Source: Octopus sinensis
Lineage: Eukaryota
DNA length: 64,000 nucleotides
Direction: 5' to 3'
NCBI RefSeq assembly: GCF_006345805.1
Contig: NC_042997.1
Span: 39,680,001-39,744,000 of the forward strand
The position numbers and the translations under genes are program-made. Positions 38,322 to 51,850 of the stretch are shown one piece after another. Every line of letters starts with the position of its first letter. Positions within the stretch are counted from its first letter, which is position 1. The notes under the pieces were generated by a model. It had not been told where the DNA came from and searched no databases. It was given only the letters and a program-made list of their open reading frames with translations.

Positions 38322-38978
38322 CAGTAGTTCTCAACCAGGGTTCTTATGACCCCTGAGGGTCCATATAAGATTTTTGGTGGTCCATACAACAAAGTAGTAA
38401 ATTGGGGATCTACAATAGTATTTCAAGGGGCCCTGAAAAAAATGTTGCTTTAGATGTATGTATTGGTATGTATTGTAAGAAACAGCTCAGTTTCTTTCTC
38501 TAATATTTTACAGAGTTCAGTTTCCTTCTCAAGCCATGCCTGGCTCATAAGGGCCAGTTTCCTGGTTTCCTGGGTGTATAGGTTCCCCACCTGGACGGGA
38601 TGCCAGTCCATCGCAGGTGAGCTGCAAGATGCAGGAGGAAAGAGTGAGAGAAAGTTGTGGTGAAAGAGTCAGCAGAAGTTTGCGATTACCTTCTGCCGGA
38701 GCTGCGTGGAGCTTAGGTGTTTTGCTCATAAACACACACATCACCCGGTCTGAGATTTGGGCCCGTGATCCCTCGACAGTGAGTCCACTCCTCTAACCAG
38801 TAGGCCATGTGCCTCCACTAGAGTTCAATTTACACAAGTTAATGTGTGAAAAACAAAATAGGAATTTTGAAAGAAGTTTCTATAAAACTAGTTTATAAGT
38901 ATTGAATGGTTAAGGGGTCCACCAGAATAGAATAATAATCAAAGGGGTCAATTGGTGAAAAATGGTTGAGAATCCCTG
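38322..38978. mobile_element. hAT MITE with nested SINE
   Basis: Termini cagtagttctcaacc / ggttgagaatccctg; TSD ggctagac / gactggac; minus-strand SINE 38520-38819 with TSD agagttca. Confidence 0.8.
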
Positions 38979-39957
38979 GACTGGACAATGGAATCAGATA
39001 CCTTATATTATCTTCTATGATATTTCCTATTTCTGATTTCAAACCCCATTGATTTCATTCTTCCAGGTCTCAGAAAATAAAATGGAATTTGGTCATTGGT
39101 TATACTCATGAAAATCAAACAGAAAATCAACATTCCAAAAAAAAATATATTTTCTGGGTTTGTTTAGAAATCATGGAAATTATGTTGTTTTTGTTGTTTA
39201 ATGGATTGAGCATCTTTTGATAGTCAGTCATACTTCTATGACAATAGGTGTTATTTAAGAGGGAATTCATTCCGTTACTAATTACAAGGGCTTAAACAAA
39301 CCAACACCGATTGTCAAACAGTGGTGAGGAACAAACACAATACAAAGACACACACATAGATATGTATATGCACAGATGCACACACACATGTATATACTTA
39401 TAAGACAGGCTTCTTTCAGTTTCCATCCATCATATCCACCCCTAAGGCTTTGGTTGGCCTGGAGCTATGGTAGAAGATACTTGCCGGAGGTACCACAAAA
39501 TGAAACTGAACCCAAAACCTCATGGTCAGGAAGCAAAATTCTTACCTACATAACACACTGGCATCTGTAAAGTATCTCTCCATAAAAAAATTTAAAAAAT
39601 TTATGGTGCTTCCTCTGTATATAAAGTAATACTCTAAAGAAAAATTTGGAAAGCAATCTAGAGGTTGATTTAGGTGTTGTTGAGTTTGTTACTGTCAAAT
39701 AGTCTCTGTCAGATATTTTTAATTAGCTTATGATACAAGAATAACCAATCACCCCTTCAAATCACTCCTTCAAACAGGATTGCAATCTTGAGTCTTTGGT
39801 GCCAATCGTGTCATAAGATATACTCCTGAAAGATGAGGCTATGTTTTAAAGATGAAAGAAATTTATCCTTTTTTTAAAGTGATTTTGCTGCCTTGTTTTA
39901 TTCCCCATGTGGCTCAGACTATACAGGCTTGAGTAAAAACAAAAAAATTAAAGTTAC

Positions 39958-40196
39958 CTTCTCAAGTCATGCCAACTCATAAGGGCCAGTTTCCTGATTT
40001 CATTGGCATATAAATGACCTACCTTGATGGGACACCAGTCTGTTGCAGATTACTAATTTTTGCCAGCTGAGTGGAATGAAGTGTGAAAATGAAGTATTTT
40101 GTTCAGGAACACAATGTGTTGCCCAGTCCAGGAATCGAAACTACAATCTTATGATCATGAGTCCAACATCCTAACCACTAAGTCATGCACCTCCAC
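39958..40196 (-). mobile_element. tRNA-derived SINE (head as 4994 copy)
   Basis: Minus ggaggtgcatgacttagtggttagg..gtttcgattcc. Confidence 0.75.
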
Positions 40197-40532
40197 ATGC
40201 AGGTTTGAGTAGCAAGTACAACTTGTTCATATGAGTCAGATCCTGGTTGCAGGGATGAAGTGTTTCTAATTTAACATGAATATCAAGATACAGAAATAGG
40301 TAGCCAAGCATTTTGTGTAGTGCCATTAACAATCCTTATCAAAAACAATATGACTGTGTGACAAGGCTTGGCCTTCATATAACAGATATTTTAAGGGCAC
40401 ATGGTTGGGTGTTTAAGACATTTGGGGTGCAAATATGAGGTTTCATTTACACTGTAATTCAAGGATTAGTTCAGTTGATCAAAGAACTGGACTACCAGTT
40501 CGTTAAAACTAATGAGCCTACCTCTCCTCAAT

Positions 40533-40584
<52 letters not shown>

Positions 40585-41271
40585 TATATATATATACGGG
40601 TGCAGGCATTGTCATGTAGTTCTGTCTTCAACTGCACCCTATTTTTTCTCATAGTTTTGAATCAACCAAACCTTGTGGGTGAAATTTGATACACAAAAAC
40701 TAGGAAAAGAATATCATGTGTGTGTGTAGGCACACACACACACACACACACACACACCATCCAACCCATGCCATCATGGAACATGGATGTTAAATAACGA
40801 TGTTGATGATGATATATAGATATATGAACAGAGTAACTCAGAAGTCACTTCGGCATTTGAATGACTTATAACATTTTTTCTATTTTCTTACAGTTTTGAA
40901 TTTAATTTACTTTTTGCTATTTCATTATTAGTATCTTTTGATGTTGTGCATGTGTGTGTGTGTGTGTGTGGTGTGTGTGTGTGTGTGTGTGATGATTGTC
41001 TCATCTTGTCAGATGATAGCCATTTCACATCCAGCCTGGCTTCTGATTTATTTTCATTCTTGTACATGCACAAATAAGCTGCACACACCACAACCCATCC
41101 ATTGAAATAGGACTTTATAAAACACAAAGTGAATCAAGAAATGCAATGGTAATGAGACATTTGTATGTCATTAGATTTAAATGACAAAAGCCTGTACAGA
41201 ATTTTTGCCACTCTCTCAGTCACCATAATGGGTTCCAGTGACAAGTATTGCAAGATGACTAGTATTATTTT

Positions 41272-41799
41272 GACTGCAAGTTTTATGTCAGAGTATAATC
41301 CGCATTTTTTCCCCAAAATTTAAAGGTCAAAATCCCCGTGCATACTATATACGAAGTTAAAAACGAAAATTATTTTCTAAGCAATGTCCGAATTTCTATT
41401 TGCTGTCCGGCAATGTTTATTCAGATGCATTTTGTGATGTCGGGCGCGGAAATACCTTCAGCTAAGCCTGAAAGCAATGAAGTCATAAAAGAATCATCCA
41501 TAACTTGCAGTAAGCAACATTTATTAACATAAAAGTATTCAGAACACAGAATAACATGTAACAAAAACAATTTGCAAACATTTACATTCCCATATAACAG
41601 TTAAGAACACCACCATTATTGTATTACGCATGTGCGGAAGTGCTTGTTCGACTAAGTGCTGCTGGCTTAATTACGCACAACTCAAGTTAGAGAAGGAGTG
41701 CGTACTATACACAAGGTTTAGGTTTTTCAGAGGTACACCCCACTAAAAATCCCCTGCGTATTATACTCAAGGGCAGACTATACTCGAGGATTTACGGTA
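41272..41799. mobile_element. pogo/Tigger-like MITE
   Basis: Right end gactatactcgaggatttacggTA; left end decayed (cagagtataatccgca); internal gtatactat-type subrepeats. Confidence 0.6.
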
Positions 41800-41879
41800 T
41801 CTTTCTCCTAGAAGAGCTGCCGTCCCCTGTCTTTGTCAAAAACAACAGGATCATCTCTAGCCCTGGGAAATCTGTTTAG

Positions 41880-42402
41880 CCCTTTAGCATTTAAACCAGC
41901 CATAACTGGCCCCAATATTGTTTTATGTTTAAAATGGCCAAATCTGGCCCCTCACACATACCCTACATTGTCATTCTAGAAATAAACAATCACATTCGAG
42001 AGAGGTCATTGCCAGTGCCACTGGACTGGTTCCTGTGCAGGTGGCACATAAAAAGCACCATTTGAGCATGGCCATTGCCAGTACTGCCTGACTGGCCCTC
42101 ATGCCGGTGGCACGTAAAAGCACCCACTACACTCTCGGAGTGGTTGGCGTTAGGAAGGGCATCCAGTTGTAGAAACATTGCCAGATCAAGATTGGAGCCT
42201 GGTACAGCCATCTGGCTTGCCAGACCTCAGTCAAATCGTCCAACCCATGCTAGCATGGAAAGCGGACGTTAAAAGATGATGATGATGATGATGATGATGA
42301 TAATGATATCATCAAACTCTGGAAGTTACCAGATAATGCATGATTAATTTAAAACAACATAAATGAATATGAATTACATTTAGCATATTCTGAATGCTAA
42401 AG
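41880..42402. mobile_element. piggyBac-like MITE with nested RTE 3' UTR (41993-42301, +)
   Basis: ccctttagcatt..aatgctaaagg termini; reverse similarity to 17473-17694. Confidence 0.75.
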
Positions 42403-43178
42403 GATACTACCTGGGAGTTATGGTAATTAAGGAGTTTGTTACTGTTAAATAGTCTCTGTCAGATATTTTTAATGAGCTTATGATACAAGCATAACCTGGG
42501 AGTTATGGTAATTAAGGAGTGACTCCACACTCTCCATGACTCCAGAACTCCCGAACTGGAGACTCACCCCCGAATACAGCTTAATGTTTATATGTTTAGT
42601 GTTGATTATTGGAAAAAAAGAGTACTCAGTATCATAGTAGAGATTAATGATATATTTTGTTTTGGTGGAATGAGGGTCCTCAGGTGAGTCATGACTGAAA
42701 AATGATGGAATGTGTACGTTTATTTATAGGGTGTGAAAGTGGAGAGAAAATATCATAAAGGGAGAAAAAGAAGAAAGAAAGAAGAAATAAGAGAAGAAAA
42801 AGAGGAAAAAGAAATGAAAGTGAAGAAGAAGAAAGATAAAGGAGAAAAGGAAGAAGGAAGGAATAAGAAGAGAATTGGAAGCTGAAGACGAAATGGATGG
42901 AGATAGTGGGGAATGATGCAGAGTGGGGAGGAATTTGAATGGTCAAAGACTGCAATGGAAAAATTCATTCAATGGCAAACTTTCAGATAAGAAGAACAAT
43001 GAACTTTGGAACTAGTGACATTTATGAGCAGGAATAAAAGAATGAAAGAATAAATAAATAGATGAATAACTGACATGAAAGTAAAATGAGTAGGGGGGGG
43101 TTATTTAAAGGAATGATCAAAGATGAGGTGTTAGCAATTGAAGTAATAGCGAGTTAACAAAATTTGGAATAATATATA

Positions 43179-43572
43179 TCTATATATATAAAAGTGAGGT
43201 TGTGTGGTGTCTGTCTCCTACGATTTAGATTCCTAACTACTCTCACATTTTGCGGTGCAGTTTAACCAAAACCGGGTATCTTATAGTCGTGATTCATATG
43301 GAGCCCTTCTGGGTATTAGCGCGTGTCTACGATGAGTCTATGATTTAAAAAAAATTTACCATCATTTTTTCCCATTTTTAATGCATTTTTGGCATATATA
43401 AGGGAAGTAACTTTCTAAAAATGTATTATTAAATCTCAGAACGTAAAAAGCTACAGTAAATCCCCCCTTTGTGGTTAGCCATATTGAGATGGCTATTATA
43501 CTTTACATCTCTAAAAATGCTTATATAGTTATTTCCCTTACAAACCCGAGCAACGCCGGGCGATACTGCTAG
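43179..43572 (+). mobile_element. Non-autonomous Helitron
   Basis: A|TCtatatata..cccgagcaacgccggg..CTAG|T; longer version of 22115 copy. Confidence 0.85.
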
Positions 43573-43704
43573 TAACATATATAAAGAGAAATAAATGAAG
43601 ATATATACTGAGGAATATTGGAAAACATATTGAGGAAATATTGAAAACTTGCCTAAAGACCCTGTGCACCAAACAGGTGAAACTCAGAGTAACAAGAGGC
43701 TGAG

Positions 43705-44058
43705 TTGACAAGTTGTGGTGCTCAGGTGCACCACAACTTGTCAGAAAGTGCGTATAAAGTATATGCAGTAATGTACAAATGTCTGGGAAGTGAACAGTGT
43801 ATGAGTCAGATACATGCTTGCGTGTGTATGGAGGGGAGAAAATCAGGTGTAGTGTTGGCGAATCTCAGGAAGCATGGAAGTTTTGAAGGATGCGGTGCTC
43901 CGACAACTAACAACTGACGCTGGCAGTTTGTTCCATGCATCAGCAACTCTTAGTGTGAAAAAATGTTTCCTGAAGTCATGGGAGCTGTGCTGTTTTCTGA
44001 CTTTGTAAACATGTCCACGGGTGTTAGACGGGTGGAGTTTGAAAAGGTGCTCAGAGTT
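43705..44058 (-). mobile_element. CR1 3' end
   Basis: Minus translation NTRGHVYKVRKQHSSHDFRKHFFTLRVADAWNKLPASVVSC. Confidence 0.8.
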
Positions 44059-44233
44059 ATAGTAAAATAAAATAACATGTATGAGTGTGTGTGTGTGAGT
44101 TGATGGAATCTGCTCAAGCCCAGTAAAAGTTACGAGTGGTATCCTTTGTGCACCTGTACTGGGCCTACTTCTCTTCCTAAGTATACATAAATAACATCAC
44201 AAATGTCATCAAACACAGTTGAACAAAAATATA

Positions 44234-44612
44234 GGTTTAGGAGTGGCTGTGTGGTAAGTAGCTTGCTTACGAACCACATGGTGCCGGGTTGAGTCCCACT
44301 GCGTAGCACCTTGGGCAAGTGTCTTCTACTTTGGCCAACCAAAGCCTTGTGAATGGATTTGGTAGACAGAAACTGAAAGAAGCCCTTCGTATATATGTAT
44401 GTGTGTGTGTATATGTTTGTCCCCCCCAACATCGCATGACAACTGATGGTGGTGTGGTTACGTCCCCATAATTTAGCAGTTCAGCAAAAAGAGACCGATA
44501 GAATAAGTACTAGGCTTACAAAGAATAAGTCTTGGGGTCGATTTTCTCGACTAAAGGTGGTGCTGCAGCATGGCCACAGTCAAATGACTAAAACAAGTAA
44601 AAGAGTTAAGAG
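44234..44612 (+). mobile_element. SINE family A
   Basis: Family match. Confidence 0.85.
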
Positions 44613-44799
44613 CGACTCTATGTTTCAGAAAGTTATCAATGAAAAAAAATTTAAAAAATGATTGAATAAAACTCCATTCCAATCTAAATGTTGTAAGATA
44701 ATGGACTGAAATGGAAAGATATTCTAAATAAGGGAAACTTTGAATTCATGCACTTTGGAAAATAAGATGTGTGTAAACAACCATGTTCTCTTCTTACAG

Positions 44800-45730
44800 G
44801 AGAATTGCTCATGGCTAAGAGCAATTGTTAATGACAACATCAGTTAGAGTGCCTACATCAATAATAAAGTCAATATGGCTTGCAGGACAAGCTCCTGGAT
44901 CCTCAGAAGTTTTCCATTTCAGAGATGTTATCACCATTCTCTTTTTTTTCCTTTGTACTGTGACAACTGGAATATTTTTGCTTCTTATGGTTTGCCCATA
45001 CTAAACACATCATAAGAACTGAGGTGCCTCGGAGGGTAAGTACAAAATACGAAAATAATAAAAGGAAATGACAAAAGAGACAAAAGGACTGATTCTTGAT
45101 GTTCAAGAACAAACTTTATGAACCAACTCAACTGAGTGTAGCATTGATAAGACAGTAGTAACTGTGGAGACTACATGAAAAATCATCTGAGACAGTTAGA
45201 CATAATTAGTGGATGCTCAAAACTGTGTCAAAAGGAGTACAAAAACTGGCAGTGCAAATACACTGGGAGTTGTGCAAGAAATATAGGTTAGAATATTCCA
45301 ACGAGTGGTATGTGCACCAACCTTTGCCAGTAGCAGAGAATTATCAATTGGAACTCACAGAGGCTATGCCAATCTACACAGATAAGAGGCTGCAACATAA
45401 CCAACCAGATATCACTCTTCTTTGGAAGGGGTCCAAAGAATGGACCTTCATCAATATAGCTATACCTGCTAACCAGAATACTATGAAGACCAAAGAGGGG
45501 AAAGTCAGGAAGTACACAAGACCCAGTATTGAAGTGGAATGCATCCACAGAGCTTCTAAAGTGAGTGTGGTACCTATTGTAATTGGTGCAGTTGGGACCA
45601 TCTCAAAGAAAGCAATATTCTGGCATCAAAAGCAGCAAATACCAAACTTTATAGGACGTACTCTGTTGGCAGCAATACTTGGAGCAGCTCAGGTGTTGCA
45701 TCTCTAAGCTGTGGGATGGAGCTGAGAGGT
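44800..45730 (+). mobile_element. Old R4/Dong-clade non-LTR fragment (RLE domain)
   Basis: IHWELCKKY..WYVHQP..IYTDKRLQHNQPDI..INIAIP..KVRKY..VVPIVIGAVG; 5' boundary approximate. Confidence 0.75.
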
Positions 45731-45769
45731 GACAGGAGAAGTTAGGATAAAGAAAATGATTTTATTCGT

Positions 45770-45988
45770 AATAATGGTTTCAAATTTTGGCAAAGGGCCA
45801 ACAGTTTGTGTGGGGAGAAGGAAGTCGATTACATTGACTTCAGTATTTGAGTGGTATTTATTTTATTGATTCCAAATGGATGAAAGGCAAAGCTGATCTC
45901 AGCAAAAATTGAACCCAGAACATAAGACAGATGAAATGCCACTAAGTATTTTGGCTGCTGGGCTAACAGTTCTGCCAGCTCATCACCT
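45770..45988 (-). mobile_element. SINE family C
   Basis: Family core. Confidence 0.7.
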
Positions 45989-46016
45989 TAATAATAATAA
46001 AAAAAAAAAAAAAAAA

Positions 46017-46072
<56 letters not shown>

Positions 46073-46089
46073 TAATAATAATAATAATA

Positions 46090-47520
46090 ATGAAAGAGAA
46101 AATAAAATGAAAGAGAAATAAAATGAAAGAGAAAATAAAAAAAGAATATTATAGACGAGTTAGATCAATACTAAAAACAGAGCTCAATGCTAAAAACAAG
46201 ATAATAGGTATCAACACTTTAGCTGTCCCAGTTATAAGTTACAGCTACAATATCCTTAACTGGACACGAAATGAACTGTCCAAAATAGATAGGAAAACAA
46301 GAAAAATACTGACAGGATCTAGGATGCATCACCCAAAATCTGACATAGAAAGACTATATATACAACGTATAGAAGGTGGTAGAGGCCTTATACAGCTGGA
46401 AAACTACTATAAAATAACCACCATAGGACTGCAAAAATACCTCCTTCAGAAGGAAGGAAAACTGATCCAGATAGCAGCAAAACACGAGCAAAACAAAAAA
46501 CTGTTCTCAGTATTTAAGGAAGCTGACAAATACAAACAAGAAATCATACCACCTAATAAACACAAAGAAGAAGAAGATGATGAAGAAACAACAAAAGCTA
46601 TAAAACAAATGAAATCCAAACTAAAAATAGAACAGCAACGAGCCATGATAAAACGATGGCAAGAAAAACCCCTTCATGGTAAATACTGCACTAAACTAAA
46701 CGCAAAAGAAATAGACAAAGAAAAATCCCAGCAATGGTTGAGAAGCTCAGGACTCAAAGCAGAAACAGAGGGATTTTTAATTGCAGCACAAGACCAAAGC
46801 CTCCCCACCAGAAATTACCAAAAACATGTAATGAAAAGAAATATTACAAGTAACTGCAGAATATGTGGAGATGGACAAGAAACAATAAATCATATTATCT
46901 CTAGCTGCCCAGTCCTGGCTAAGAAGGAATATATTCACAGACATGACAGAGTTGGAACCTACATACATTGGAAGCTATGCCAACATTATGGAATAACAAC
47001 AGAAAAAAGATGGTATAGGCACACACCAGAAAAGGTCACAGAAAACGAGAAAGCAACCATACTCTGGGATATGCCGATACACACAGATAGAGAAATTAAG
47101 GCCAACAGACCAGATATAGTTGTCAGAGATCATGAAGAAAAAAAATGCTTCTAATTGATGTATCAATACCGGCAGATGACAACGTGTCTCTAAAAGAAAT
47201 GGAGAAACTCTCAAAATACAAAGACCTGGAAATAGAGGTAACTAGAATGTGGAACCTGAAAACAGAAACAATTCCTATCATAGTAGGTGCATTAGGCATG
47301 ATAAAAAATATTCAGACAAATACATAACAAAAACACCACGACTTACAAACACATATAACATACAGAAAATTGCACTACTAGGCACTGCACACATCCTACG
47401 CAGAACACTTTCCATACAATAACCATCAGAGCATCACAACAAATCACAGCACATACCCAAGGCACACAGAGCTGCGCTCGGTAGTGAAGTGAAAGCACGC
47501 TATAAAAATAAAACTACTGA
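46090..47520 (+). mobile_element. Young 5'-truncated R4/Dong-clade retrotransposon in (TAA)n
   Basis: 343-aa ORF with RT C-terminus (RLY..GGRGL), AQDQ, CCHC knuckle CRICG..HIISSC, RHD and PDIV..ID RLE motifs; two 1-bp frameshifts; (TAA)n on both sides. Confidence 0.92.
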
Positions 47521-47567
47521 ATAATAATAATAATAATGATATAATAATAATAATAATAATAATAATG

Positions 47568-47610
<43 letters not shown>

Positions 47611-47663
47611 TAATAATAATAATGATAATAATATAATGATAATAATAATAATAATAATAATAA

Positions 47664-47706
<43 letters not shown>

Positions 47707-47758
47707 TAATATAATAATGATAATAATAATAATGATAATAATAATAATGATAATAATG

Positions 47759-47803
<45 letters not shown>

Positions 47804-48263
47804 TAATAATAATAATGATAATAATAATGATAATAATAATGATAATAATAATAATATAATAATAAATAATAATAATAATAATAATTAATAATAATAATAA
47901 TAATATAATAATAATATAATATAATAATAATGATAATAATAATAATGATAATAATAATAATAATAATAATAATAATATAATAATAATAATACCCCAGTGT
48001 CACTTTTATGGCATGAACTGCTCTCTCACTCAATAATAATAATAATAATATTCATTCTATTATAAGCATAAAGAGCCGTGAAGTTTTATGGGAGGAGATA
48101 GCCGATTACGTCAACCCCAGAATTTCACTGCTACTTAATTTATCGGCCCTCAAAAGGATGAAAGGCAAAGTTGACTTTGGCAGAATTTGAACTCAGAACG
48201 TAGCAACGGGCGAAATACCACTAAGCATTTCGTCCAGCATGCTAAGAATTCTGCCAAATAATA

Positions 48264-48308
<45 letters not shown>

Positions 48309-48352
48309 TAATAATAATGATAATAATAATGATAATAATAATAATAATAATA

Positions 48353-48424
<72 letters not shown>

Positions 48425-48438
48425 TAATAATAATAATG

Positions 48439-48484
<46 letters not shown>

Positions 48485-48795
48485 CCCAGTGTCACTTTTA
48501 TGGCATGAACTGCTCTCTCACTCAATAATAATAATAATAATATTCATTTCTATTATAAGCATAAAGAGCCGTGAAGTTTTATGGGAGGAGATAGCCGATT
48601 ACGTCAACCCCAGAATTTCACTGCTACTTAATTTATCGGCCCCCAAAAGGATGAAAGGCAAAGTTGACTTTGGCAGAATTTGAACTCAGAACGTAGCAAC
48701 GGGCGAAATACCACTAAGCATTTCGTCCAGCATGCTAAGAATTCTGCCAAATAATAATAATAATAATAATAATAAATAATAATAATAATAATAAA
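47520..48795. repeat. (AAT)n array containing a duplicated ~270-bp block (47990-48258 / 48482-48750)
   Basis: accccagtgtcac..ctctcactc plus SINE C fragment, repeated with ~490-bp period. Confidence 0.9.
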
Positions 48796-48796
48796 T

Positions 48797-49268
48797 TAGA
48801 GAAATTAAGGCCAATAGAGAAATTAAGGCCGATAGAGAAATTAAGGCCAATAGACCAGATATAGTTGTCAGAGATCATGAAGAAAAAAAATGCTTTCTAA
48901 TTGATGTATCAATACCGGCAGATGACAACGTGTCTCTAAAAGAAATGGAGAAACTCTCAAAATACAAAGACCTGGAAATAGAGGTAACTAGAATGTGGAA
49001 TCTGAAAACAGAAACAATTCCTATCATAGTAGGTGCATTAGGCATGATAAAAAAATATTCAGACAAATACATAACAAAAGCACCAGGACTTACAAACACA
49101 TATAACATACAGAAAATTGCACTACTAGGCACTGCACACATCCTACGCAGAACACTTTCCATACAATAACCATCAGAGCATCACAACAAATCACAGCACA
49201 TACCCAAGGCACACAGAGCTGTGCTCGGTAGTGAAGTGTAAGCACGCTATAAAAATAAAACTACTGAA
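48797..49268 (+). mobile_element. Second, shorter copy of the same R4/Dong element
   Basis: Near-identical to 47088-47520 with open frame; (TAA)n flanks; 18-bp unit triplicated at the 5' junction. Confidence 0.92.
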
Positions 49269-49424
49269 TAATAATAATAATAAAACAAACTTTAAAAAAA
49301 CAAAAAAACTCAAATATATGGCACACTAGGCATAACAACAACATGAACTTCCAACCTGTTGTCTCTAGAGGTCTCTAAGTGAGACTTGGAGCCAACTTGT
49401 ACAGACATAAAGCAAAAGTCAAAC

Positions 49425-49459
<35 letters not shown>

Positions 49460-50007
49460 TTTATACACACACACACACACACACATACACACAGAGGTAT
49501 GTATGTATGTATGTATTTATTTATGTACGTATACAATTTTCTAAATAGCTATCTGCATTTCTTCAGACTATGTCTCAGACATTGACTGAAAAATTGCACA
49601 TGGGTACATATATATGTTTTTGTGTGTGTGTCTTTGTGTTTTGCATTTGTGCACCACCGTTTGACAGCTTTCGTTTGTGCTCCAGCAATTTAGCAGTTCG
49701 GCAAACGAGACTGATAGAATAAGTATCAAACTTAAAAACAAACACTAGTGTTGATTTTTGAGTGGTTAAATCCTTCAGAGCTGTGCCCCAACACAGTTGC
49801 AGGTTGGTGACTGGAACAAGTAACAGTACGAATGAATAAGAGAATATATTTATATATCTTCATCGTTGCTACCATCATTTTACATCTGATTTTTCCATGC
49901 TGGCATGATGAACAGGTCTCAATGTCATACTAACTTTCACTTTCTTTATCATGGACTGTTGTCATCTGGCACATATAACTGAAAAAATTTAGTCAACCTT
50001 GTGGTTA

Positions 50008-50393
50008 GGCCGTAGCCAGCGCCGGGCCGTAGCCAGTGCTGGGCCGTAGCCAGCGCCGCCTGACTGGCCTCCGTGCCGGTGGCATGTAAAAAGCACCATC
50101 TGACCGTGGCTGTTTGCCAGCGTTTTCTGGTCCCCGTGCCAGTGGCACGTAAAAAGCACCATCCGATCGTGGCCGTTTGCCGGCCACGTCTGGCACCTGT
50201 GCCGGTGGCACGTAAAAAGCACCCACTACACTCACGGAGTGGTTGGCGTTAGGAAGGGCATTCAGCTGTAGAAACACTGCCAGATCAGACTGGGCCTGGT
50301 GCAGCCTTCTGGCTTCCCAGACCCCAGTTGAACCGTCCAACCCATGCCAGCATCGTAAGCGGACGTTAAATGATGATGATGATGATGATGATG
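50008..50393 (+). mobile_element. RTE 3' UTR fragment
   Basis: Family match; 17-bp triplication at 5' end. Confidence 0.88.
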
Positions 50394-50740
50394 TGGAGTT
50401 TAGAAACTGCATTGCAGCTTGGATTGAGTGCATTTCATTACATGACCCGCACTAAATAGGTTATCATTATAAAATTTGAAGAGACCCTTTCTACTGTTCA
50501 TTATCTCTGTTCTATTGTTCATTGGTCCTAGGTAAATTGTCATATTTCTGACAAGGCTGGAAAAACCCCTTCTTTTCACTGTGTCTGCTAATTTGTTCCT
50601 TTCTGTTTTTTCATGGTTGCATGCCCTTCCTACAACAGATCATTTTGCACTGTGAAGAGGGTGCATCATTAAGTAAACTGTCAGCAACTGGATTAAAGAG
50701 ATTCTTCTGTTTTGTATTAGACTTTTGTATTACTACTCAT

Positions 50741-51212
50741 AAAATCGAAATCAAATTCGATGACTGGCACCCATGCTAGTGGAGCACTAAGAGCACCATC
50801 TGAGCATGATCGTTGTTAGAGTGGCTAACTGGCTTCTGTGCCGGTGGCATGCAGAAAGCACGGTTCAAGCATGATCATTACCAGTGTTGCCTTAGTGGCA
50901 CATGAAAAATCATTCAAGCGAGGTCATTGTCAGTGCCTCTGGACTGGCTCCTGTGCAGGTAGCATGTAAAAAACACCATTTGAGCATGGCCATTGCCAGT
51001 ACCGCCTTTCTGGCCCTTGTGCCGGTGGCACGTAGAAGTACCCACTACACTCTTGGAATGGTTGGTATTAGGAAGGGCTTCCAGCTGTAGAAACTCTGCC
51101 AGATCAAGAGTGGAGCCTGGTGCAGCCATCTGGTTTGCTAGTCCTCAGTCAAATCGTCCAACCCATGCTAGCATGGAAAGCGGACGTTAAACGATGATGA
51201 TGATGATGATGA
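50741..51212 (+). mobile_element. RTE 3' UTR fragment
   Basis: Family match. Confidence 0.85.
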
Positions 51213-51512
51213 AGTTAGGCAGGGTGTTCAACGTTTCATGATGGTTGCCATCGTTACAGCTGTGATCTCTTGTACCTCCATTTTGTACAGAGGAGTTTAT
51301 CTACCAAAAGGCTCATAGCAGCTGCTTAAGACAATTGGGTATAAAAGTTGTCTGTTCTGTAGGTGAGTAGGGGTAACAAGTTTTAAATGGGGTAATAGAA
51401 AGTGAAGCTGTCTCCATGGTGCTTAACCAGATAGCCTAAAAGTTTGAATATACTTGTGGGGATGGAGATGGCAGGGTATGGGTACTCAGCCGTGCAAAAT
51501 AACTTTTGTTAG

Positions 51513-51850
51513 GCATTCATACATACACACATATATACATACATACATATATACATATATACATTCATACATACATACATACATAATACATACATACGTA
51601 CATACATATATATACATTCATACATACATGCATACATACATACATACATACATACATACATACATACATACGCACATACATACATACATACATACATACG
51701 TACATACGTACATACATATATATACATTCATACATACATACATTCATACATACATACATACATTCATACATACATACATACATTCATACATACATACATA
51801 CATACATACATACACACATACATACATACATACATACACACATACACACA
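51513..51850. repeat. (CATA)n microsatellite
   Basis: Direct reading. Confidence 0.95.
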
